Below are positions 37,988 to 50,420 of a DNA stretch of 64,000 bases, piece by piece. Source of the DNA: Atractiella rhizophila. Its lineage: Eukaryota. A program made the position numbers and the translations under genes. Positions within the stretch are counted from its first letter, which is position 1. Each line of letters starts with the position of its first letter. Below the pieces are notes generated by a model. It did no database searches and was not told where the DNA came from. It saw nothing but the letters and a program-made list of their open reading frames with translations. The stretch spans positions 1-64,000 of the forward strand of contig MU271412.1 of assembly GCA_021432655.1 (NCBI GenBank). Reading direction: 5' to 3'.

Positions 37988-38763
37988 GGCTTTCTGCAAT
38001 CTTGCAGCAAACTGGAAAACGACTTGGGTTGGAAGTGGTCAAGTAGGGGCTGATGAGTTTCAGCGCCGTTTTAGGAGGCGGCCGAGAGAGAAACTGTTCA
38101 GGAGGATCATCTCGTGTGCCGATGTGAGATCGTGGAGATGTTGGAGATGCCGAAGTGGCCAAGAGCTTTCGGCACGAGTAGAAGTATGAAAAAAGCGATA
38201 GAACAGGAGCAGAAGTGCGAAAGCGACAACCAGGGATTGGATATTGGATATTGGGATTTTGCTGCGGTTGGGGCTATTAGTTTTTGGCGTTACGACTTCA
38301 TAATGCGTCGGTACTGGTGGGTGCCACTGCTCACTTCTCCTACTAATCTACTAATCGATACTAATAGCTCAGGCTCGAAAATTAAGATCACGACGTTTCG
38401 AATTCGATATGTTGTCATATTAGCTTTTGTATCTGATGATCCTTCCCTTGTAACGAGCAACTTTGGCATTCGACTATCATTCAGCCGAGATTCAGCAACT
38501 GCATACTACATAACTCACTTCGATCTACATCGCATTTACATTAGTCCTTCCCCTCACCCTTCAAACTATCCCAGACCTTGACTTCGAAACTTGAAAACCA
38601 CATTACGTAGTCGAAATGTCGACGTGTTCCCAATGACGCCGCCGAAATTGGAACCGTGGGACGTCATGCATTCATGCAGCTCGCCCAACACAACTCTCCG
38701 TACATTATAATAAGGCAACATCCACTCTTAGCTCCTCAACACCAAGCTCACCCAAATATCGCA

Positions 38764-39824
38764 ATGGCTACGACGCAAGCAACAGCCCAGAAACCAACGA
38801 CTGGCATTCGTCCAGGTCGGCATGGAGCATTGCTCCCACTCGGGTTCTCACCCCTTCTCCTTCGCATGCATGGTTCAATCCTTCGCTCAGAAGGACTAAG
38901 AGGGCCAGTTCTCTTCTTTTCCTTGTACACCTACGTCCTTTATTTGCTTCAAGGCGTCCTCTCTCTCGGCGGTGCTGGCGGAGTAGTCGGGTTGCTGAGT
39001 CTCGTCGTGCGTCCTCAATAATATTCTCTCCCAAGTCTGAGGAAGAATCGATTGATTTGGACTATAAAGGTTGGATTGTTAATCAGCTTCCGGAGCAATT
39101 CTTCGAGCGACAGGTGGCACGAAGGCAGGAGGGTCTTTGCCGACTTGAGAGGGGAGATTCGCAACATTGTCCGTGGGCTGAAGGTGGAGAGAGAGGAGGT
39201 GTTCACCATCCTTGGGATGTATCCCCACGCCGTCAAGTACGTCTTTCTCTATCCGTATCCAACATTACATGAATACTGATGTTTATCAGGCACCACCTTC
39301 GCGGTGAAACCGGAACGGACCATCCCTCCCTGCAGCCGCTGAAATCCTTCAAGTTCTTCTCCCGCATCGATCGTACCACCTCTCTCCCTCTCTCCATCCT
39401 CTCCTATCTCCAATACGCCGCTCCCGAACTCTCCGGAAACGTATCCACGCTCTCCAACCTCCTCAACACCGCCGAAAAGATCAAAAGCACTCCCATCCCC
39501 CTCGCACTCGCCATCCACCTCCAACAGGTCCTCTTCCTCTACCTCCTTTGCGTACCTCTGCAGATAGTCCCCTCTCTCGGTCTATACGCCGTACCCGTCG
39601 AAGCTGTGACTGCTTTCGTGTTTCTTGGAGTGGAAGGAATCGCCAGAGAGCTCTCCGATCCGTTTGGCTACGAAGGTATGTGTTCTTTCTGGTCCGGCTT
39701 GGAGTTAAAGGATGCTTATAATAATCCAGAGAACGATTTGCCGCTTGAACTGTTTTGCACTGAGATCGAAAAGGACATCAAGGACGAAGTGGAGAGGAAA
39801 AAGTGGTTAGGCCCAGTATATTGA
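38764..39824 (+). CDS. Bestrophin-like (UPF0187/YneE-type) anion channel
   Basis: 'VGLLISFRSNSSSDRWHEGR', 'EKIKSTPIPL', 'GVEGIARELSDPFG..NDLPL' motifs. Confidence 0.85.
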
Positions 39825-39934
39825 TATTGATTCCATGTCCAACTGTGATGGAAATTGTAAATAGCATCGCATTTGTATCAATACATTCGTCTTCCGTTTT
39901 GTCTATTCCTGCTTGTCTCTTAGCCGTATCAAAT

Positions 39935-41396
39935 TCAGATAGCATCCAATAATTCTCTCTCCACCGGTCCAACAGTCTCACCGCACACAACAACCAAACA
40001 ATGCAACGGCTCGCCATAACTTTCCCCCTCCCTAGCAGCCAACCCCTCGATTGTACCACGACAAAACTGTTCCGTTTCTGAACCAACTCGTGAAGCGATT
40101 ATCACCTCAGTCTTCGGGGATAGCTTGGATAGGGATGGAGTGGATTCCCCGCCCGCTGAAGTCGATCGCACCTCGATGCATTCGAGCATTTGTTGCAACG
40201 CCGTCGTCGGATTCATGAACCGTGGAGGCTCGTAGATCTTCTTTCCCCTTCAATCATCAGAGGCGAAAACAAGAGTGAGCTATCTCTAGATTTTGCAGTC
40301 GAACAAGAGAATGGAGGAGAACAGAGCATCTAGGACAGACCTGGCTAGGTTCATCTCGCTGATCTCCTTCACTTTGATATCCAGCAAACAGAGCGTATGG
40401 CATCCTCTCTGCAGGTTCTGCTCGACCTTCTCGATCCATGAAGAAGGACGCCAGGTGTCCGTGAAGAAAGGAATTGAGACGGTTGGTCCGTAGTCATACA
40501 ACGGGAGACCTAAATTATCACCAGCCTTTGAGCGAAAGCCGGAGGGGGTGAGGATGGGACACACCAGCAGCACCTATCGCGTTCATTATTGATGCATTAT
40601 GAATGATCTCTACTCTTATTCGCGGTTCGTGTTTTCTCGCTCTCAGCAGGATGTCTGCGTGTGTCGTCGCACTATCCACACATGAGTGTCTACTTGGAGT
40701 CGATTAGAAGGGACCAGACGAACCCGAATGGATCCCCGACGACCAAGAACGAAACATCGTCCACATCAGCTCCGGAAAGGATGGAGTCGCAGCCTTCGTC
40801 GCTTTCGACCATTTCACGATCGGCGACTATCATTTGTTTGGAGTAGAATGATTCCTAGCTTTCCGATGTCACAACTTTGAATGTCATATAGTCTACCTGG
40901 TGGTGAAATGCAGCTAAAGCAAGTGTGATTGATCGAATGTGTATTCGATATCACCTAGCTATTTTCTCCTGAAACTGATGAATTGTATGTAACAACATTG
41001 AATCCACAGCCCGTATCTACGATTTGGGAGAGAGTAACACCATATGTCGTCTAGACCTAGTGAAGTAGAGTCCGTCTTTGCTTTACGCAAAAACTCGATC
41101 AAAAACTCTTGGGAGGTGAATTTGAAGGAAGAGACAACACCAATGTCGCTTTTTACGCTGCATCTATGAATCTGGGTAGAGTTCGATTACACAGCTGGGA
41201 AGGCACAAATCCAGGAGGAGGAAACGAGGCAAAGAACAAAAGCAGGAAGTGAACATACCAGTCTTTCCTTCCCAACCCCGAGAACACTGGTGTAGCTCTC
41301 TAGATAGACTCTCTTGCTCCTCCGAATCGCCTCTTCTCCTCTCAGAGTCACATCTTTCTCGGTAGCTAGGCCTAAACCTACAATATAGAGCACCAT
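39935..41396 (-). CDS. DPH5: Diphthine methyl ester synthase
   Basis: [72 protein letters not shown] motifs. Confidence 0.95.
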
Positions 41397-41488
41397 CCTT
41401 ACGTTGAGATGTCTTTGAAGTTTCGTGAAAAACTCAAGGGATCAGCTGCAGAGTTTGGCCCGTGACTAACTCAGCAGACTTCAACATC

Positions 41489-42819
41489 TTATGTAACTTC
41501 ATTCAGGTCTTTGGATAAATTCATACAATTGACAACACTAACTTGGCTCGAATTGACGAATACTGAGGTAGCGGCTGACAGGATGCCAGTGACAAAATGG
41601 AGACTTGCCCAGCTCTTCCGTTCCATTGATTCCCAGCTTCCCTTGCATTGACAGCTTCCGAGTCTTCGCACTTTGCCGGCCTCCGACTTACGGATTCGAG
41701 AAAATAAGAAATCATTCAGGTTCATATATCCTTTCTCATCGATAGCTATGCTTCCCCCATGCAAATCATTGTGGACGAGCGTAGCAGTGTGAAAATGTTC
41801 GTCGTGAACTTCGTGCCCAGACGAATCAGCCTGAATGAGGATAGGACTCTATATAATCTTCAAAAGCTTGGGGAACCTGGGCTCGAATTGCCGCAATGAG
41901 CGCCTCATCGATAGGTTCAAAATCGTCAGGAATTCGACAAGAGACTGCAACGATAAGCTCTCCTACAGGAGAGAGTGCAGGATCGAGACAATTGGAAGTA
42001 ACGAGAAGTGGTCGACGGCGACCGGGGACTTGGAGGTTTCGTAGCACAAGAAAGCTCTTCATGGTGTTCAGAAATGCATGATCAATATTTGTGAAACCTA
42101 GGATCGATGCCATCTATGTCCATGTCAGGAGTTAGCGCTCCACAGCAGCAGGTAAAAAAGAAGGTCCAAACCCTTGAGAGGATCGAGTCTGTCTCCGTCG
42201 TGTGTCTGAAGACTCGAATAGGTCTGGCACGAGTGGCTCGGTTCACGATTCTCGGGAAGTAATGATCACCGACTGGGGGGCTCTTCTGCTCGCATATGGC
42301 AATTCCCTCTTCCATCTTCGAACAGGATCTGATTAGCCCATCGGTCTTTATTCCTGTTTGCCCCCATGCTGAAGAATCTCGAAAAATCGCCTCGAGAGCG
42401 CTATACACTATGCCATCTTGACCCAGAGCAAAAAGAGCTTCGGAAACGAAGTCAACAAATGCGGAATGAAACGCTTGTCCGACGGTGCTATCTTCCGTCA
42501 AAAGCAGCCTGTTGCGCCGTCGTTCCCAGTCCTCGATATTCCTTTTCAGGTAGGTCAACTGTTCGTCGGACAGATTCTGATTCAGGTGCTGGTCGACGTA
42601 TCGCTCAAAACGATTGATAAGCAGCTGAGGCAGGGCTGCAACGTGAACAATGCGATCAGGGATGTTGGAGGCGTTTTGCTTGAATACAGCTGAATTAGGA
42701 TAGTACGCTTTCGTCCTCGGTTTCCAGTTTAGTTGCTTCTGAGAATACGTTAAGCGAGAGGCCACCGTCACTCTGTACCCTTTCAGGATGCCGAGAAGTT
42801 GCTCCTTGGCTGAATTCAT
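41489..42819 (-). pseudogene. Nuclease-like+kinase-like family member A (PD-(D/E)xK-like region present, kinase N-lobe apparently missing)
   Basis: 'GIKTDGLI...ICEQKSP..HYFPRI' followed by a kinase C-lobe remnant 'LVHNDLHGGSIAIDEKGYMNLNDFLFSR'; N-terminus clearly paralogous to the 45177 copy. Confidence 0.6.
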
Positions 42820-43897
42820 GTCTGTCACAATCACGACCGTGAATGAAGATTCAATCGGCTTTCCTTAGATAGCAGTCTAAGTCACAAATGCATATAAGCA
42901 GAGCTAAAGGCACAAACTGAGGATGCAAACTCGTGAAGCCAATCCTAGTGGGCAGTTCCTCCTTGTGATGGACAGGGCATAGAGAGGTAAAAGAAAAGAA
43001 GACAAGGAGAAGAATTCATGGAAAAGCTGCTATCAAATATCTTCATCAGGCAGAACAAGTCAGGTGGAGTGAAGCTCTACTGTAATGGCTCAGACACTAA
43101 AATGAAATATTTCTTTGTGCCTTCCCTCTAGCTACTGCTAATAGCTCGAACTGTATGAAGAGCGGTTGGAGCTGAAGGATCACCCTACAAGGTTCTTCAC
43201 GCTCAGCTCCTGCGCAGGCATGCATCTAGTGCGACGCCGACGGAAACACTGGAAAGCATGAAACTTCGAAGGACATGAAAACAGGCTACACAATGGGAAA
43301 GAGACTTGTGTAGACTGAGGGAAGACGCACCTAAGAATCGAGTTGGGGAAATCGAAAGCTGGATCCGATTTCAGGATACTCAGGAGTTATTCAAGCACAA
43401 ACGTGAACATTGTTGGCAAATTATAATTTATCGAGCTCGTGCTCTTTACAGACAGCCCCTTCGTTGCGCGTATTGTGTAACGGCCTACTTCTTCCCCTCA
43501 GGGACTGCGCTGCAAGCAGTACTGCTGTACTAGTAGACGCAAATCTGGTGATCAGGAACTGATATGAATTGGACGGAGGATCGTTGGTCAATTGGAAAGA
43601 CTCCAATGAAGTAACAGATAGGGTTTACCTTTTGTCAAAAGTGCGTTGCCAAATTGTACGAGACTCTCTCATGGTTTGCCGCGCGTTATCAAAGGTGGCG
43701 GATTGCACTGATGTGGACCGCTAGCTGGCGTTTGGAGAGTAAAACAGGCTACCTTCCTTGACAGATTTCTGTACCTTGTCGTTGCTCTAGCAATGCCTAC
43801 TCACATCTTCTGATAAAACCGTGTATGATTACAAAGCTGTCAACTTGCCAGGTCGTCAACGCCACTACAACAACTATGGTGACTTGGCTTTCTCTTT

Positions 43898-45177
43898 CTA
43901 CAACTGGATTCTTAGCTTCTTCCTCACATCTATGAGCTCTTCGCATTTTGATTCACCTGGGCATTTGTGCATTCGAGAGAACATGAAATCGATCAAATAA
44001 ACATTTCCTTGTTCGTCCATGGTGACGTTTCCTTCGTGTACATCATTGTGAACGACTCCTAGAGCGTGAATCTGGAGCAAAATGGCGTAGACTTTCTCTC
44101 TGTAAACATGTCAGAAAATCTCTAATAAGATCCGAATGATTAAAGCTTGCTTACTTCAAACCTAGATCTGAGAAGTCGATCCCACACTTTCGCAAGGAAG
44201 GTCCAGTGTGTTGGATGACAGTGACACCATTCTTGCCTGTGGTATTTATGAAAGCGCCGAAGAAAGCAGGGATACTGACGCCAGCAAGCGACCTCAAGCG
44301 CTTGAGTATTCTTAATTCGTGGATAACGTACTTCTTCCTTAAGGGCTTCACTACCACTAGTCCGTCCGACCGGTAGAATGAGGCGGAGAACACGAGGGTG
44401 GATGCGAGCTGCTCCTGCACTTCCAACAGAAGTGGTGTATCCCCAGATGCTATGGGCTCCGCCTGCTCGCGTCGGAACGTGAAAGTGTCTAGTGTTCCCG
44501 CATGCTTGGAGACAGCAGCTATAACTTGAGACTGTGGAATGCGATCCAACGCAATGACATTATGTGCGTATGCGCTGTGGCGATTTGCCATTTCAAGTCT
44601 TTCCATCTGTACCGATCTGTTAGAGACAGCGAAGAGACGAAGTGTAACTTGCCCCCTTAAATACCATTGCTAGTGTGTTTGTGTTTTTTAGATCAACTTT
44701 ACCTCTCCGCCAATTTAACAACTCGTTTGACTTCCGTATAAGCCGTATTCTGTCAATTTCGAAAGGGATTTCGTTCAGATTGTTCGTTGCGTCAAAAATA
44801 TGTGGAAAGCGTTCACCCTGATCGTCTGCCGTGACTGGAAGGTCATCTAATGAATTCGATTTCGTGGTTTTTTCTTGGAAAGATGGAAATCGTTCAGGGA
44901 ATGAGTTGAAGGCTGATGGATTAGGAAGAAACTCTGGAGCCATGTGCTGGTCGACACATCGCTCAAAACGATCGATGAGCAGCTGAGATAGTGTTGGCAC
45001 GTAAACAAGTCGATCAGGGATGTGAACGGCGTTCTCTCGAAACGTTACAGAATTAGGGGAACATGTGGGGGTCGTTGGCTCCCATGACGATCGCATTTGA
45101 GACGATGTCGGTTCGGAACGCATGGTCATTCGGTACCTTCTCAAGATGTAGAGAAATTGCTCCTTGATTGAATTCAT
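43898..45177 (-). CDS. Nuclease-like+kinase-like family member B (kinase domain present)
   Basis: 'LVVVKP..HELRILKRL..IPAFFG', 'IHALGVVHNDVHEGNV..YLIDF..CPGESKCEEL'; introns at ~44101-44155 and ~44610-44675. Confidence 0.7.
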
Positions 45178-45939
45178 GTTCGTCAGAATCAAAACCTAGA
45201 GCAAAAATTCAATTAACTTTCTTCGAACAAGGAGGTCATCGACATTAAGCAGGAGAAGAGGAATTAAAGCCCAAATGTTAGTGAGAAGGGTAATACTATA
45301 TGTTGATTTTGAAGGACCATGCATAGAGCGGTTAGGAGCAGATCCTCCTTTCTACCCTTCCCTAGGATCAACAGCCTTGAACAAGACATGAAGTGGTATC
45401 GCCGCTGTACAAGGGGAGGAGAGGGAAACCGTCCATTGCAACATGAGGATCCGAGAGACGGGAATACTAGTAGCCTTGAAGCCATTGCGGCAAAGTTCTT
45501 CCACGAGACGCCACGGCTCAGCCAGTGGGCAACTCTTGAGCGCTTTGAAGCGCAGCAAAGGCGCGCGCAAAGTACACCATAAATATAACAAGTTGGCCCA
45601 CTGGTCATTTTGGAAACTGATAATCAAGCAGAAGAAGTTCGCCTCCCAACACAAGGTAAACTTGAATAAGCTATTGTTTGGGGTGTGCAATGCACAACGA
45701 GGCTGAACGGCTGAAAAGAGATACGAGAGTGGTCTCGTCAACAGGATGAGAGGACTCCGAAGTAATGACAAAGGGACGCACCTTAAGAACCTAAGAACTA
45801 ATCCGAAGCAGGATGCAATGATGTGGCGATGTAGGAACTTGAAGTTGAATTGTACGGGGTCCAACATATGTCAACGCAACAAAAATATAAGATTGGTTCG
45901 ACTGACTGACTGAGACAGGCTAAAGAACTAAACTTTAGT

Positions 45940-47658
45940 TTACTCGTCCCACCAATCGTCACCCTCGTCCCTCTTCCGTTTCTTCTTCCTCGGTTCCTCC
46001 CGCTCATCCTCCTTCCCTCTGCCAGAAGGCACGACCTTCCCCGCCTTGTCTTTTCTCGCCACCTTTCCCGCCGCTTTCTTGGCCTTTATTCGAACCTTCA
46101 CCTCTTCCTCCTGGGCCACTTGGACGTTGAGTTTCAGGTTATCGTCCAGGAGTTTGGCCGCAACAGCTAAGCCGAGCGTCTTCGGCTTCCCCTCCCCTCC
46201 ACCCGCTCTCGCTTCTTGCAAGGCTCGTTCGCGCTTCTTCATACCTTCTTTCCAGGTACCCGTCTCCCATTCCTTATGAAACTTTCGATAAACAGCCATC
46301 GTGGCACGTGCATCGTCAACCTATCCCATGCACACACCATAGTGTTAGTAGGCACTCATAGGCACTCACACGGAGACTGAAGTTGGAAAACAGGAAGGTG
46401 CCGATGGATGACGAGTGCGACGCACAGATGAATGCTCCCCATCATTGGCGGTCTGGAACCCCTCAATCCCGAGCACTTTCTTTACCAGGACGCGCAGAGC
46501 TGGCACTTTCGAGCCTGCAACTTGACGAATTGGAGGGAACGTTTGTGTGTCGCGGGTCTGGGTACGAGGATGCGAGAGGAAGAGCGCCTGTTGAATGAAT
46601 CGGTTAGTATATGTAGGAGATCATGGAGGCTTTGGAATGACGTAAAGATGAAAGTTGGTCCAACATAGCTCTAGTGTTAACGAGGTTCGTAAGGCAAGCT
46701 GCAGGAATGCCATTGCGCACTCTCCGCTCTGCAGAGATGTCTTACGCTAAAGGAGCTAGAGCGCGGGATAATGTGAGCATGACACAACCTTTGGCTACTC
46801 GCAGATTGGGTACCTTGATCAACGGCGCTCTCTTCCGGCCTGATCCTTCTGATGGGATCACATTATCCATCATTCAGCAACGGTGCTTTGTGGGGTATGA
46901 TTTGAGTGCGGTTCCGCACAGAATAACAAACCATGAGCAAAAGCGAAAATAGGAACAGTATGAACTGCACGAATAATAGAGATAAAGGTCGTCCTACCCT
47001 CAGCTGAACCAGAAGGCAGTCCCTGCTGCAAAAGAAACGCTTACTTCTAAATCATTGTAAACCGCATGTCCCACCAGAATCACTTTCTTCTTCTTCCCGT
47101 CCTTCCCCGTCCCTCCTTCCAGCAAATCACAAACGAACCGTTGTGCCTCTTCAAGGTCCACCGCACCCTCCCCTTCCAGATCCCTCTCCCTCACGCCTGA
47201 CACCCACGTCCTATAATCAGTGACCTTCTCCTTCGTCCTCACAAAGGTATCATAAACGACCCTCCCCTCCCAATCCACGATAGATATGCGTGCGAGAGCG
47301 GATTGGGACCCTAGTGGGCCGACACCGACCATCTCACAGTCTATGGCATAGTATGAAGTGTTGTGGGAGCTGATAGGAGAAGTAGGCGGGAGATGGGAGA
47401 GGAGGAGGGAAGTCAGATCGCCTCCTTTCGCCGCTGTTGTCGAGGGAGACCTTGGAAGTGGTGCTTCGAGTTGTTTCGTGGGTTCAGATGGGACAGAAGA
47501 TTCTGAGCGCTTGCGTTTGCGATTGACTTTGGGAGGATTCGAGGAATTCGTGGGCTTCAAAGACTGCATGCAAAAGAATCAGTCAGTACGAGAGAATGGA
47601 CGAGAGCAGTCACTTTTTGCAGCTTCACCCAATTGCTTGATGCCGCACTTGCAGCCAT
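45940..47658 (-). CDS. REX4: RNA exonuclease 4 (DEDDh)
   Basis: SSNW N-terminal motif, AIDCEMVG, SALARIS, VTDYRTWVSG, LVGHAVYND, LSHP..RDT, HSS|VDDARATM. Confidence 0.93.
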
Positions 47659-49097
47659 TGGTATTCTAATATGGAGTGCCTGGTAGAGAGAGGCTCTCTC
47701 AGTCGTCGTCAAAGTTCTTTCTCAATCTTGCCAGAATGAAAAAGCAAAGGTGATCGAGATGCGAGAAAAACGACGAACGAACCTCATCGTCCATGTTTCA
47801 GACGGCAAACATATACTTGTGCGAGCGAAGTAGCATGGAGCAGGGTAGAAGAGATTGCAATAATGCGTGCTAGAGTGTCCCATGAACTTGCGAGAGGGGA
47901 AAGAGATGGAGAGGCGCCGTGGATGAAAGAAGTAACATGTTTTATTGCATCATACTTGTATGGATAGAGGTGCGTCCCTGAAAGCCTCTGCTAGCGGTTA
48001 CGCCCAAAATTTGGGGAGATCGCAGTCAAAGCGAGGATACTGTGATTGGATGGTTTCATGATCACTCTCTCTTGTCCAAAGATAACACAATTGGCATTGT
48101 GATGTGTACCAACTGTGTATCACGTGACCCTCCGCCTTATCCCTATTTCCTATCACTTCTGCTTCCAATTAGCTCTTCGTGTGCTATAGCTTGTTTTAAT
48201 GCAGCACAACCAAGAGTTTCGGTGTGTAACGCTAGTTTGTACGCAGTTCAACGGCACAGCGGTTCGTTCAAATGCAAGGCATGAGGAACTGGCAAGTGCG
48301 TTGCTACCTGCTTTATAACAGGATCAAAATATCTCCATGTGCTTGATCATTCCAGGCACTGTCCGAATGACTGAGGTTTCTTGCCCCACTTCTGCGTGCT
48401 GTGCAATTGGCACACTTGTCCTGCCTTTGTTTCTCTACATTATCGCCATGTATGTAAAGCGAAGGCAGAGATGGACAGTTTGTGCTGAGAAATGATTGCC
48501 GAAAAGACCTACCAGAAGAATGGTACCCGCCTCCGGGCTTCCCTTCTATAACTCCTGCTTGTATCCCGTCCTGTTCAAAACACTTCTAGACGCCTCCAGC
48601 AAGCTGTAGTCTGGGAAGAAACAGCGACGCGAGTAATGGATTGGACTTTTTCTCGGGCGGTGTTGACGATATCTCCCTTGTTGTATCAAACTAACCCTCT
48701 CCCTGAGACGCGATTCATCCTTCGTACTCAGCATCTAGAAGTTCAGAATCCAACAATTGGGAGAGAATGAAGGTAATGACAGTTATCAGGCGTAAGCTAG
48801 CAGAGATGCTATTACCTACGCCGAATCTAAGGAAATTACGAGACCGTACGTTTATCACTGAGCCTTCGAAGGCATCGAAGAGCTAATAGCTTTTATCTGT
48901 GTTTTAGGTCTTCGTGTCGATAAGGAAGATTGGGTTCGCAGTTTGGGCATCCTTGAGAGCCGCAACAGTGGGTTCCATATCTTCATCTCCTCTCTGCTGC
49001 ACCACTTACTAGGAAAGCAGCTCCAGACTCATCCTGCTTAGAATTCCATCACTTTCTCTTACTCCGTATCGAAATCAGACTACATATTGTCACGCTC

Positions 49098-50420
49098 GTG
49101 TCAATTTGTCCCCTGGTCTTAGCCTCTCTTCGAACCATTTGCCGCTCATTTGAGGCCTTCCTTACACCGTTGATCTTCTCTACTGTGACCTTTCCGCTCC
49201 ATTACTTGAAGCCGCCACACGATCCTTTCCTTCACAGGGACAAGAAACCTTATGCTCCCCACCTTCGACGTGCTCTTCATGGCTTGCTGCAGAACCCTTT
49301 GTCTGAACTCAGTGGAGAAGAATACGGATGGATCCGCGACATTTCTCACGGTTCCTTTCCGCATCGCCTTTATAAATATGTGCGTACCATCAAACTTATC
49401 GTATCGTTCGACCCTTTAGCGAAGAGCGGCGATCTCCTCTGCCATGATATGGTGACGAAGACACTTCTGAGTTACGAAGGACACGCGACGCGAAGAGTCC
49501 AGCAGGAGATGGAGGAATTTGTCCAGCTCGCTCTCCAGCATGGAGGGAGGATAACTTCTTTCGTATACTGTCGAGGTTGGAATCGTGCGAAGCTCCCAGG
49601 TCTCGATCTCACCAGAATTGTTCGCGGGTTGCCTTGCTTGCAGAGCCTGATATTACCTACGGGCTATGCGGACGTTTCAGAAAATCTGGATGTCGTCGCG
49701 ATAGATGCTAGATACTTTTACAAAATAGTTGCGTGGACGCCTGTCGCTCTTCGAGTGCTCTCTGTCCTAGTGAACTCCACCACCTTTGAAGGACTTCCTA
49801 GCTCTCTCAAGTGTCTCCCCCTCCTTCATGATCTGACGCTTCAAATTTTGGACACTAAGCCCCACGATCTCTTCTTTACTCGACAGCCCTGCTTCGATAT
49901 TTGGTCAACAAGTGTCAGACGATTGGAAATTGTTGTTTCGTCCGACAGCAAGAACACAATGCATATGTTGCAGAAGGCGATTGTCGCTTTCCCAGGCATT
50001 GATAACCTTTCCCTCAGCCTGAAGAAGGAGTTGTACGGTCTCCGCTGGACTACAACGAAGGGAATCACCCCTCTCTGGCGTGGCAGTTTGCCAAACCTCA
50101 ACCACTTCGAACTTTTCGTTCCTCCAACCCAAGTCAAGCACTTTTTGCAAATGTTCCACCAGGTTACGCCTTGGTTAGATCTTGTTAAGATAATCATTGA
50201 CATCGGTAACCCTGAAAATTTCACGATCCTTGACAAGGAGGAATTTGTGGATGGAGTTGTTGCAGACGTTGTCGAAGCATCCACGTGCAAACGACTCAAC
50301 TGCAGTCGCTTAGTATTTCGTATACAATGCGCCGACTTTGATTTCGAGTTGAAACAACTGGCTACGTCAGACTGGGAATCGGAGCACCAGCGGACCAGCG
50401 GACACTTAGCTTGGAGTTAA
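49098..50420 (+). CDS. F-box-like/LRR-like hypothetical protein (start uncertain)
   Basis: 440-aa ORF; 'LASLRTICRSFEAFLTPLIFSTVTF' resembles the end of a fungal F-box; LxxLxL repeats (LQSLIL, LRVLSV, LHDLTL, LPNLNHFEL). Confidence 0.65.
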   Translation: MSICPLVLASLRTICRSFEAFLTPLIFSTVTFPLHYLKPPHDPFLHRDKKPYAPHLRRALHGLLQNPLSELSGEEYGWIRDISHGSFPHRLYKYVRTIKLIVSFDPLAKSGDLLCHDMVTKTLLSYEGHATRRVQQEMEEFVQLALQHGGRITSFVYCRGWNRAKLPGLDLTRIVRGLPCLQSLILPTGYADVSENLDVVAIDARYFYKIVAWTPVALRVLSVLVNSTTFEGLPSSLKCLPLLHDLTLQILDTKPHDLFFTRQPCFDIWSTSVRRLEIVVSSDSKNTMHMLQKAIVAFPGIDNLSLSLKKELYGLRWTTTKGITPLWRGSLPNLNHFELFVPPTQVKHFLQMFHQVTPWLDLVKIIIDIGNPENFTILDKEEFVDGVVADVVEASTCKRLNCSRLVFRIQCADFDFELKQLATSDWESEHQRTSGHLAWS

